A DNA stretch of 64,000 nt. Origin: Octopus sinensis (taxonomy: Eukaryota). Numbering within the stretch: position 1 is the stretch's first letter; the number at the start of each line of letters is the position of its first letter. The stretch is from the NCBI RefSeq assembly GCF_006345805.1, contig NC_043001.1, positions 20,088,001 to 20,152,000 of the forward strand. Reading direction: 5' to 3'. Positions 53,341 through 64,000 of this stretch are shown here, in pieces. Both the position numbers and the translations under genes were made by a program. The notes beneath the pieces are model-generated. The model saw nothing but the letters and a program-made list of their open reading frames with translations. It was not told where the DNA came from and did no database searches.

Positions 53341-53757
53341 TATTTCTTTATTGCCCACAAGGGGCTAAACACAGAGAGGACAAACAAGGACAGACAAATG
53401 GATTAAGTCGATTACATCGACCCCAGTGCGTAACTGGTACTTATTTAATAGACCCCGAAAGGATGAAAGGCAAAGTCGACCTCGGCGGAATTTGAACTCA
53501 GAACGTAACTGCAGACTAAATACCTATTTCTTTATTACCCACAAGGGGCTAAACACAGAGGAGACAAACAAGGACAGATAAATGGATTAAGTCGATTACA
53601 TCGACCCCAGTGCGTAACTGGTACTTATTTAATAGACCCCGAAAGGATGAAAGGCAAAGTCGACCTTGGCGGAATTTGAACTCAGAATGTAACGGCAGAC
53701 GAAATACCACAAAGCATTTCGCCCAGCGTGCTAACGTTTCTGCCAGCTCACCGCCTT
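53341..53757 (-). repeat. Tandem dimer of SINE family A (one head + two 184-bp units)
   Basis: Units start at 53341 and 53525. Same AAATACC|TATTTCTTTA junction as the pentamer. Confidence 0.95.
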
Positions 53758-55008
53758 CTAGGTCTTCAAGGGTCTTGGATTTCTTTTGATTGACCAGTCT
53801 GTTGCTTCTACTTGTTTTATTTCATTTTGTTGTATCTTGGGAGGGTCATTATAATAATAATAATAATAATAATAATACATGTTTGTGAATTTACAAGCAG
53901 TTTACTCGAGAGATTGATATATGCATGATGAATTTAAGTGTTGTTTAAAGTTAATAACAAATTATGACTGCTGGTTCATTTAGGACTGTTGAGCAACAAC
54001 TTAGCAATATGAACCTTCTTTTGGCATTTTGTGACAAACACCTTTATTATGTTACTGCCTACAAAATTGGCATGATCCATACCACTGTTGTGGCTTCCAG
54101 GAAGTTTTCTTTATTGTCATTCAGTTGGTAAAATATCTAGCCAACTAACTAATCATTTGTTTAATGTACTGGTTAAATGATCAATTGTTTGTTAGTCGAA
54201 GTTCTTTTGTTGCTGTTTACAACTTTTTCAGTGACTTCCTTCTCTCTTGATCTGCTCTGTATCTGTCCAAGAATTGGTCTTACGGCTGTGTATATGTATG
54301 CTTGTATGTAGATGTGTTTGGTTAAAAGCAGAAGTGAGAGTAAATGAAGAGTGAGTGTGTGTGAATATTTGTGTTTGTGTGCAATAGCCATCTGTGACTT
54401 TGCTAAATTCTACACCAAAATTAGTTCCTTGTATATTTCAAGTCACTCAAAATAGAAAACCGATATTGAATCTCAAAGAGACATAAGCTTAAAAGTATCC
54501 TTGTCTCCTACCATTGAGGTATTTTCCTTTTCTGACCAACCCACTGATCTTCCATCAAAATGCAGCTCTACAAAGAGTACAATGTCATCATCCTTTTTTT
54601 TTCTATGCTTGTATGGGTTAGACAGATTTTCTACAGATGCCCTTCCTATAGCCAAGCTTCACCTGTTTCCAAGTACGGTGATATTCCCCCATGATGAACA
54701 TACTTTCAAAGGAACAACATACATGTATGATAGTGACATTTGTTTATAATTATTATGCAATGTCATGACAAGGTAGTACAAACACACACATCCGCACAAA
54801 CACAAATGTGTGAGTGTATGTATATATCTGCTTTTATGTGCCACCTGCACAGGCGCTGAACTGGTCCCTGTGCAGGTGGCACATAAAAAGCACGATTTGA
54901 GCGTGGCTGTTGCCAGACCTCAGTCAAATCGTCCAGCCCATGCTAGCATGGAAAGCGGACGTTAAACGATGATGACGATGATATATATATATATATATAT
55001 ATATGTAC

Positions 55009-55340
55009 ATATACGAGCAAGCACATAAATGCAAAACAAGGTGGAAAAAATAGTACTCGAATACTAAAGATAGAATAATATGCCTTTTTATTAAACCTGC
55101 AAAAACATCACAAAAAACTGTTACTCAAAGTTTTATATTCCTGTTCATCAGACAGTTGTGATAAAGACTGGAATAAAATTGTTATGGTTCATATAATGTA
55201 TGATTTAATATATCAAGTCATATATTACATGTACCATAACAATTTTATTCCAGCCTTGATCACAACTGTCTGATGAATGAGAACATGAAACTCTTAACAG
55301 TTTTTTTGTGATGTTTTTGCAGCTTTAATAAAAAAGTATA
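55009..55340 (-). mobile_element. Second, older copy of the Penelope-like fold-back family
   Basis: Same tail (GCACATAAATG...AACAAGGTGG...AGTACTC) as 45603-45679. Imperfect ~120-bp arms (~55086-55203 / ~55218-55336). Hammerhead core CTGT-CTGATGA-atg agaa cat-GAAAC at 55266-55291, with stem III partly deleted. Confidence 0.75.
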
Positions 55341-55393
55341 TACATATACACACAATGGGCTTCTTTCAGTTTCTACCTACTAAAACCACTCAC

Positions 55394-55680
55394 GTGGAGG
55401 CGCAATGGCCCAGTGGTTAGGGCAGCGGACTCGCGGCTGAAGGATTGCGGTTTCGATTCCCAGACCGGGCGTTGTGTGTGTTTATTGAGCAAAAACACCT
55501 AAAAGCTCCACGAGGCTCCGGCAGGGGGTGGTGGTGATCCCTGCTGTACTCTTTCACTACTCTTTCTTCTGTTGGCCTGCTCGCTTAGCCAGAGGGGTGG
55601 CGTCATTTGAAGGCTAAAACAATGCGAACGCATTGTGACCAGCGATGTGTAGCAACATCTGATGGTCTGGTTGGTCACGT
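55394..55680 (+). mobile_element. SINE family D, tail class 3
   Basis: Same head. Tail GGCCTGCTCGCTTAGCCAG...GTAGCAACATCTGATGGTCTGG. Confidence 0.9.
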
Positions 55681-56178
55681 AAAAAAAAAATTTTTTAAAT
55701 CACACTCAAGGCTTTGGTCAGCCTGGGGCTATAGGAGATACTTGCCCATGGTGCCACTTGATGGTACTGAACCTGAAACCATGTGATTGGGAAGCGAACC
55801 ATACAATGGAGCAAATCTTTTACAAAAACGTGAATGTTGTCTTAAGGCTTACATGATCTTGTCAAACATGTACCCAATCATTTAGTACTGGATAAAAAGA
55901 AATCGTAACACCTGTTCTGTCTTCAAAATTGGCAACACCTATTGAGTGGCCCTTACAAAAGAAGTCTGTGGAAAATTCTTTACAACATTAAATAGTGTGG
56001 CAGAAATATTAGCAAGTGTCACAAAGAATGAAATATAAATTGATGTGGTTAGGGTGTTGTACTCACAATTATGAGATTGTAGTTTCAATTCCTGGACCAA
56101 GTGTTGCATGACATCATGTTGTACAACAGTTCTTTGTATGGCGATTTCACTCTGTTTCTCTGTCAGTAATTAGGTTAT

Positions 56179-56460
56179 TCACTCAAATACAGAAGCATTT
56201 CTCATGGCACCAGCAGGCAAAATGGGAAAGGCATTGCCCTGGATGATAGCAAGGGGGATGCACTGAAACAGCCACTCTGACTTGTGGAGCTTGCACTTGC
56301 AGAAAGCAGTCTCTGCCCCAGTAGTGGTGAGTAAGGTTATGGTCTGGGGACCAAGAATGCTGGAGGTCTCAACTGCCACAGGCTCAATTGTAAACGTGTC
56401 GGAGAATGATGTTCTTGGGCAATATATTTCTTTTTCAGGTTGCTCCTGTATACTCAACTC
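56179..56460 (-). mobile_element. CRE-like (restriction-like endonuclease) non-LTR retrotransposon 3' fragment
   Basis: FTIEPVAVETSSILGP...WLFQCIPLAIIQGNA resembles the F.P.A.ET.G..G...L.QR.S.AIQRGNA C-terminal pattern. Confidence 0.6.
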
Positions 56461-57620
56461 TAAGTTCCAGCAATAGCTGGGAAGTTAACCTTGTGAAGGA
56501 CTGACATCCCATCCAGTGGAAAGTGTTACAATCTTAGTCACTTATATGTTAAGAATAAAGAAATTATTGTATACGGTGCTCAGATGCACCACAACTTGTC
56601 AGAAAGTGCATATAAAGTGTATGCAGTAATGTACAAATGTATGGAAAGCGAACAGTGTATGAGTCAGATAGATGCTTGTGTGTGTATGGAGGGGAGAAAA
56701 TCAGGTGTAGTGTTGGCGAATCTCAGGAAGCATGGAAGTTTTGAAGGATGCAGTGCTCCGACAACTAACAACTGATGCCGGCAGTTTGTTCCATGCTTCA
56801 GCAACTCTTAGCATGAAAAATGTTTCCTAAAGTTATGGGATAGAAACCGGGTCAAGCCCTGGCCTTATGAGCCTTAGGGCTCACAACCAATCTATGTAAG
56901 TTTGTTTACATGAATCACCCCAACTGATGGAGCCTGATTGACTTGCTAAAACTGGTAGTCTAATCTTTATAAACTTAGGCCATACCATCTTAAAATAGAA
57001 AAGTCTTGACTGAAAACCATTTTTGGACCGGTTTGCAAGAAAGATTATATGAATTCGTCTGGTGAAACAAATTTTGTGGTGTCCAGGGAAAGTCATTATG
57101 TCAATATAATTAACACATACACTGGTTCAATCCCACTCCTTTATCATTAGTCAATTGGTTAAATATCCGAACTAAATGATTGTTTAACTTGGTTAAACAG
57201 TCAGTTGTTTGTTTTGTTTGCTTTTTGTCAAAGCTCTTTTGTAACTATTTGTAACTTTCCTTTTAGTCTGTTATGGATATTTAACCAGTTGACTAATAAC
57301 AAAGGATGAGGAAATGAACCAGTGTATGTGTGTTAATATTGGAGTAAGGACTCTCTCCCTAGACACAACAAAATTTACAATTGAATGCTCCCCTTCTATC
57401 ACGGCTAGAATATGTTTAATCATTAGTCTGCTCAATCAGGACTGATTTAGAAGCTAATGAAAAGCAATATGAATAATACACTTTTAAGTGAAAACTTCAG
57501 TTCTAATTTAAATTTGAATACTTACAATTACAATGTGGTTGGTGGTTGTCTACATTTTTTAGTTTCATGCTTTTGTTGTCTCGTTGGCACCAATATTTTA
57601 AAAATGAGTAAAAAAATTAA

Positions 57621-58008
57621 TTCTTTTATTTGTTTCGGTTATATGATTGCGGCCATGCTGGAGCACTGCTTTTAGTCGAACAAATCAACACCAGGACTTA
57701 TTCTTTGTAAGCCTAGTACTTATTCTATCAGTCTCTCTTGCTGAACCGCTAAGTTACGGGACGTAAACAGACCAGCATCGGTTGTCAAGCGATGTTGGGG
57801 GGACAAACATATACACACGCACACATACATATATATATATATGCGAGGGGCTTCTTTCAGTTTCCATCTACCAAATCCACTCACAAAGCTTTGGTCGGCC
57901 CGAGGCTATAGTAGAAGACACTTGCCCAAGGTGCCACGCAGTGGGACTGAACCTGGAACCATGTGGTTGGTAAGCAAGCTACTTACCACACAGCCACTCC
58001 TGCACCTA
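57621..58008 (-). mobile_element. SINE family B (left member of a head-to-head pair)
   Basis: Full length, reverse orientation. Confidence 0.9.
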
Positions 58009-58123
58009 ATGTTTAAATATGCATAAAATCTTCACCCTTTTTTTACCATATTTCAGTTGAAAAACACTGCTTTTGTTTCAATTAATTTTGAAAATAACAA
58101 AGAACTTAGAAAAATAATTGGCA

Positions 58124-58526
58124 TAGGCATAGGAGTGGCTGTGTGGTAAGTAGCTTGCTTACGAACCACATGGTTCTGGGTTCAGTCCCACTGCGTGGCA
58201 CCTTGGGCAAGTGTCTTCTACTATAGCCTCGGGCTAACCAAAGCCTTGTGAGTGGATTTGGTAGAGGGAAACTGAAAGAAGTCCGTTGTATATATATATA
58301 TATATATATATATATGTTTGTGTGTCTGCGTTTGTCCTTCCCTAACATCGCTTGACAACCGATGCTGGTGTGTTTACATCGCCGTCACTTAGTGGTTCAG
58401 CAAAAGAGACCAATAGAATAAGTACTGGGCTTACAAAGAATAAGTCCCGGCGTCGATTTGCTCGACTAAAGGCGGTGCCCCACCATGGCCGCAGTCAAAT
58501 GACTGAAACAAGTAAAAGAGAGAGTA
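58124..58526 (+). mobile_element. SINE family B (right member of a head-to-head pair)
   Basis: Full length, ~115 bp from the previous copy. Confidence 0.9.
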
Positions 58527-58564
58527 ACAAATCATGTTTAATACAAAGTAAGTGAATAGGAAAG

Positions 58565-58939
58565 AACCCAATATTATGACCGGTATACTCCAAAGCACAC
58601 TTATGATTGTCAAAGGTGTTCCAACAGTGTCTATCACATCTTCAAACGACTGGATATGTCATCCAAGGTGTACTACCACCTGTATCATCTCTTGTGAAAG
58701 GTAGAAGGGTCCAGTTTGCTGGACATTGTTGTGGAGCTGAAAATGAGTCAATTTCTACTCTTCTCCTCTTGAAGCCATCTACTCACGAAACCAGAGGGCG
58801 CACACTCTCCTACCCTGATGTAATCTCCAGGGATACAGGCATCCGGCAACAGGACCTCGGTAGTGCTATGATGGACCGTGAAGTCTAGCGTAGCATAGTA
58901 AATTCCATTGTCTCGACTACGGTCGAACAATGATGATGA
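58565..58939 (+). mobile_element. Second RTE-like LINE family, 3' end
   Basis: RRVQFAGHC...GRTLSYPDVISRDTG...MMDREV motif set with a (TGA)n tail. Confidence 0.82.
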
Positions 58940-59418
58940 CTATATTTCTAAGATTTCAGAGTGTAATTTGAGGAAGATTTTGTTATTTCCAGTATGCTAC
59001 TAAAAACGTAAAAAAAAAAAAAAAAAGACAATCTTGTCCTCTCCTACTAGCATTAGATAGAGTGAGTCACATAAACGTCTTATTGGCAGGATTTTGTCTT
59101 AGCAATGCAGCTGGCAGTGGGTACATGCTACTGACAAAGTCCAGCAAGGACGATATTCACATCAAGCATTCTTACCATCAGTGCTGGAAATGTTTAAAAC
59201 AAGTGTTTGAGGAACCTGTTTGTAATTTCAGCTAAGTGGATGCCAACTGAATTAGAATCTTAATCTGATGCTGATTAACTCTTGAAATGGACAACCAGGT
59301 AAATATTTTCCAGGTATGTATATACAGCTTCCAGTTTTTGTGATGTTAGGTCAGAAGCAGCTTTTAATCTATTTCGTATACTGCATCGTTAGACACTGAT
59401 ATGTTTGTGTCTTTAAAA

Positions 59419-59705
59419 TGGGGGCGCAATGGCCCAATGGTTAGGGCAGCGGACTCGCGGTCGTAGGATCGCAGTTTTGATTCCCAGACCGGGCGTTGTG
59501 AGTGTTTATTGAGCGAAAACACCTAAAAGCTCCACGAGGCTCCGGCAGTGGGTGGTGGCGATCCCTGCTGTACTCTTTCACCACTCTTTCTCCTGTTGGC
59601 CTGCTCGCTTAGCCAGCGGGGTGGCGTCATTCAAAGGCTAAAACAATGCAAACCCATTGTGACCAGCGATGTGTAGCAACATCTGATGGTCTGGTCAGTC
59701 ACATG
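59419..59705 (+). mobile_element. SINE family D, tail class 3
   Basis: Close match to 55394-55680. ~17-bp near-TSD ATGTTT(G/A)TGTCTTTAAA. Confidence 0.9.
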
Positions 59706-60393
59706 ATGTTTATGTCTTTAAACACTATATCCACAAAAGATGTTAACTTTGGACAAATATTGCAGTTAATCTGCCTATTTGTGATGTGTTTACATTAAGT
59801 ATGATACACAGAGGGCTGTGTATTTTAATCTAATACTACTTCTGTTGCATATAACACATACATACACACATATATTTCGAAACACGCATTTAGTCGAAAC
59901 AGGGGCAGCTGAAGAAGGGGAATGTTCCTTGCGTTGGTTGTCTTGTACTGTTTTTTTCGTTGTTAAAAAAAAGTCCGTTTCCTTGTTTGGTTTTATGTTT
60001 TCGTTTCTCGTTGTGTTCTACGTTTATTTGTGGTGTCCTGTACTCATATATGCATGTATATATACATATAGATGTAGGTATGTACATATATGTATGTATA
60101 TATGCATATGTTTTATTTATTAAATTGTTATTATATATATATATATATAAAATGAGATAGGGGTTATAAATTCAACCCTCCATGGGATAACATATATCCA
60201 ATGAGGAACTGTAACATTCAATATAGAACATCATTATGTTTATTGACTTATATTATTTATATTATTATGTATATGTATATGTGTGTATATATATAAGGAT
60301 ATGAGTATATATGCACTCTTATTTATATGTAAATGATTTTTGGGTATGTACTCATACTTATATAGGTATATGTGTAACTTGTTTTATACATTA

Positions 60394-60490
60394 GAATCCC
60401 CGAAGAGGCCGTAAGATATTTTTGTTAATGTGGCTAATATAGGTTAAATGAGACATACTTATCTGCATGGCCGAAACAGCTGCCAGTTAT
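60394..60490 (+). ncRNA. Degenerate hammerhead-like motif in Penelope-pLTR-like sequence
   Basis: CCGAAGA (60400-06), GGCC...GGCC closing a long stem II (60407-60472), then GAAACAGCTG (palindromic stem III). Cleavage triplet and stem I are imperfect. Confidence 0.35.
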
Positions 60491-60650
60491 AATGTATATG
60501 TATTTTATATCTTTTTATATTTATTTAGTTATATCTCATTATATTGATTGTAATTATTGTACTGTATTAATGTCTAATCTTAATGCTCTTGTGTAGTGTT
60601 TTAATAAAGTATGTGATTCAGTATTATCTGATAGTTGATGAATGATTTAG

Positions 60651-60681
<31 letters not shown>

Positions 60682-61408
60682 GATAACCTGTAGATGTATA
60701 AGGATTAAACGCACATTGGTACACATTAAGTGTATTTAATACACAAGAGAAACAGATGGTAGTGTGAACAAGTTATTTGTCAGCCTTGGTCAAGCAGACT
60801 TACGAAAAATATTTCAGTCATGAACACCCTGATACAAAGTGCTATATATTTTCTAAAATGGAAAGGTATCTGATTTAAAAGAGATCTAGCTACTATTTCA
60901 AGTAGGTCAACAGACCACATAGGCATTACCTGAGCCTAGGTGGATGGCGTTACCAAGAATGAAGACAACCCAGCTGAGAGGTGGCCAGTTTGTATCATGA
61001 CACTGGAACAGTATTGTGATGAAACATATAATGACAGGAAATTTGGAATTATAAAATACCTACAAAACAGGTAAAAAGACCTAAAACTTTTCTTTTCAGA
61101 ATGGAAAAAATAGATGGTGCTAAAAAATATATAAAAATAAAACAAAATAGAAAAGTCATGTGACTGAAAATCATTTTTTAATGAACGAAATGGTTGTCTT
61201 TCAAGTAAGATCCACAGTTATTTTTTACCCAATTACTATCAACAGGGATTTACGAAAGCTGGTTACAGAGCCATGGGTAGGCTGGCTTTCCGGAAGTTGA
61301 ACTACCCGTTGTTTTGTTTTCTATATCTTTAAAAAAAAAATATAGAATGAACCAATTCTGCAGCAGGTGAAAAAAAAAAAAAAAAAAAAAGATATATGTA
61401 TGTTTGTA

Positions 61409-61454
<46 letters not shown>

Positions 61455-63830
61455 TATATATACACACACATACACATACATATATATATCTTATGATGCA
61501 GCACAGAGATATTGTGAGTCTAGCCAATATATATTTTTAAATTGGAAAAAAAAAAAAAAAAGGGCTATTTTTATGGGAAAAAAAATGCAAAAACTTCATA
61601 AAGTTTTAAATAGCTATAAACTGCACAACCTAATAAAGCTCAGTTTTTTTTTCTTTTCAATTTGAACATCTCTACCTGGAAAGTTACTCAGTAGAAATAG
61701 GAGTTAGTTAAGGAAGAATAACTAACCCTTGACCCGGAAAAATTGACCAATTGATAAACGAAATTGGTCTTAGCTGATGATGATAGTGACATCAAGGACA
61801 GCAGTTGATGCTATTTCTTTTGCCAAGATTTTTTTAATTCAACTTTGAAAATTATATTTTGAAATTTTTTGACTAGTTTCACTCCAAATGATTGGTTTGG
61901 GGGACTCATTTCAAGAACAGTTTTACAAAGGGCAAATCTACTCATATGTTTGGGGAAATAGCACCTCAGAACAATAAGGCCAATATATATGCTTGAGAAG
62001 TGAAGGCAGGCATTTCAGTTATAAAGATACTAATCAAACAAGTCATATGCATAAGTGAAATAGTTGAAATTCTTTCTATGCTAAACAAATTATTATTATT
62101 TAATAATACAGATGAAAATAATTGTTTTATCAATTTGGAAGATATATTAAAGCCCTTATAGTTTTTTTTTTTTTGTTGAAATTTTGTTCAATAGTCTATT
62201 CAAAGATACTGAATATATATTTAAAGAAAACATATATTTAAATCATTAATTAAATTTTAAGTTACCTTAGATAATTAATGAACAAAGGGTTCAATGAAAA
62301 GAAATAAGATAATGGCTTATTTTTAGTGAATTTTCATACATTATACTTTATCTATCACAGATAATGGCAAGCAGTAGGAAAGTTTTCAAAATCTTTTCTG
62401 ATTTATAAGGAAATCCTAAAAATTATTCCCAAATATGCTGTTTGTAAGTTTTGTGAACGGACCTTTCAATCAACTAGACAAACTCTATTTATAAACATTT
62501 CATAAACTTAAATCTGTTTTGGTTTTTCTATCCACATAATAAATAATTACAAATTGATAACATTTTCCATGTTTTTAGAGTTTAAAATATCCCAAAATAT
62601 TCTATAACAGTTACTAAAAAAAGCTAAAGTAAATAAAAAAAAATAAAAATAACGATTAAAAATCTTTTTTCTCAATCATATTTGAATATAGAAATAATAC
62701 TTTCTTACATAGCACATGGCCACGACTTTGAGAGAGGATGGAATAGTCTGGGATATTGAATCCAGCATTTGACAAGTTCTTTATTATATCAACCCCAGGA
62801 GGAGGAAAAGTGAAGTTGACTTCACCAAAATTTGAACTCACAACATAAAGGGATTGCAAACTAAATACAGTAGGCATTTTGTCCAATGCTCTACAGATAT
62901 GCCAATCTGTTACCCTAATAATAATAAAAATCCTTAATGAAACAACCAATAATTCAAAGATATTAAAACTGAACATAATTCAGCAGTAAAAATACAGGAT
63001 AAAAATATTGTAACACCTGCTTATTATTGTAAGTAATGGAATACACTGGAACCTTTTGTAGTTACAGTGGCATTGACAACTACAAGTTATGTATATGATA
63101 TAAAGATCAGTGAAAGTTTATATCACATTACTACAAAACAATTCGCTGATTTAGTGAGGGGAGGGGATAAGTAAATAAGCCCTAATGCACATTATCTCAT
63201 TATCTTTGAAAAGTTCTTTTTTTCTGGTTGGAAGATAGGAAATACAAAAATTTCAATTTTTTTAAAGCATTTCTTTTTTTTTTTTCTTTATTATTATTAA
63301 TTTTTTTTTTTTCAACTTTTTCCTTTCAATTATGTGTGTAAGTAAAGATTGAAATATTGCTGTCATTGCAATAGAAGCAATCCACAAATTTCAAGCAGGC
63401 CAAACTCTTCGGCATCGAGAATGTTTCTAAGGTGGTATCATCCATAGTAAAATCTAGCCAAAGAATAAGAATACTTGATAAGTTGTTTTCTTGTGCTGTC
63501 TTTTTTTTTTTTGGAAATTTTTTCTTTTTTAATTATTTTTTGGCAATGTTTCTATTCTTTAGAATTCTGAATGCCACATTTAGTAGTTCCATCTATTGTT
63601 ACCAATTACTCATTAAAAAGGAGATAAAATATTAGTTTATAATGTGAAAGGAGCAGAAAGAAAATAGTTATATTGTCACAATATAAGTTATTGCATTGGA
63701 AATATACAGTTGTCTGATATAATTGATAAGTGAGGAGGCCAAAGCATACTACGGACAGTCAGCTTTAGAAAGGAGAGACTAGATTGTAGTTCAGTTAAAG
63801 TCTCAAACAACTAAAAAGATTAAGATCTCT

Positions 63831-63930
63831 TCAGTCTCTGTCTGCTTCAATAATTAAGTTTGGATGAAGAGCTTGGATTTTCTCTAGATTCTTCACTCGC
63901 TTGCACCCGTACAAATGTAGAGTTGTCAAT
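63831..63930 (-). CDS. Probable terminal exon of a leucine-rich-repeat (F-box/LRR-like) gene whose upstream exons lie beyond the window
   Basis: Minus-strand acceptor TTCTCTTTAAATTTCCAG, then 1 nt + LTTLHLYGCKRVKNLEKIQALHPNLIIEADRD*. LxxLxLxGC is the cysteine-containing LRR pattern. Followed by ~3 kb of AT-rich, repeat-poor, UTR-like sequence. Confidence 0.55.
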
Positions 63931-64000
63931 CTGGAAATTTAAAGAGAAGTATCACAACTGGTCAAAATATTTGTCAACTGGAATGTTCTGGAAAGATTTA

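Noticed and set aside
55394-55470. Functional tRNA genes (also at 37823, 47670, 52798, 59419)
   Set aside because: A and B boxes are present but the anticodon and acceptor stems do not pair, and each head runs into a SINE body, some with TSDs.
59100-59260. Possible + strand exon after TTTTGTCTTAG
   Set aside because: Two frames are open but neither resembles a known protein, and there is no clear donor or partner exon.

Overview
AT-rich, repeat-dense animal genomic DNA. The SINE/LINE content looks cephalopod (Octopus-like); that is inference from recalled repeat sequences. The main gene is a complete, intact ARF6 on the + strand: 4 coding exons (9137-9218, 17373-17476, 22541-22739, 24783-24925), 175 aa. 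Its first coding intron is an 8.15-kb GT-AG U12-type (minor spliceosome) intron. On the - strand there is a decayed TMEM168-like locus (~28700-31200) converging on ARF6, and a probable terminal exon of an LRR/F-box-like gene (63831-63930) that starts beyond the window. The rest is mobile DNA: three tRNA-head SINE families; RTE, CR1, CRE-like and R4-like LINE fragments; a deleted mariner; hAT and piggyBac MITEs; and a Helitron-like element. The most unusual observations are: (1) two asymmetric fold-back elements in (TA)n tracts that carry minimal type I hammerhead ribozyme motifs (Penelope-like pLTRs); (2) SINE pentamer and dimer arrays at two loci sharing one base-exact junction in the loop of the SINE's tRNA-like stem; (3) the U12 intron; (4) a PHD-like finger inside an RTE reverse transcriptase. 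All family assignments come from motif recognition by eye, not database searches.
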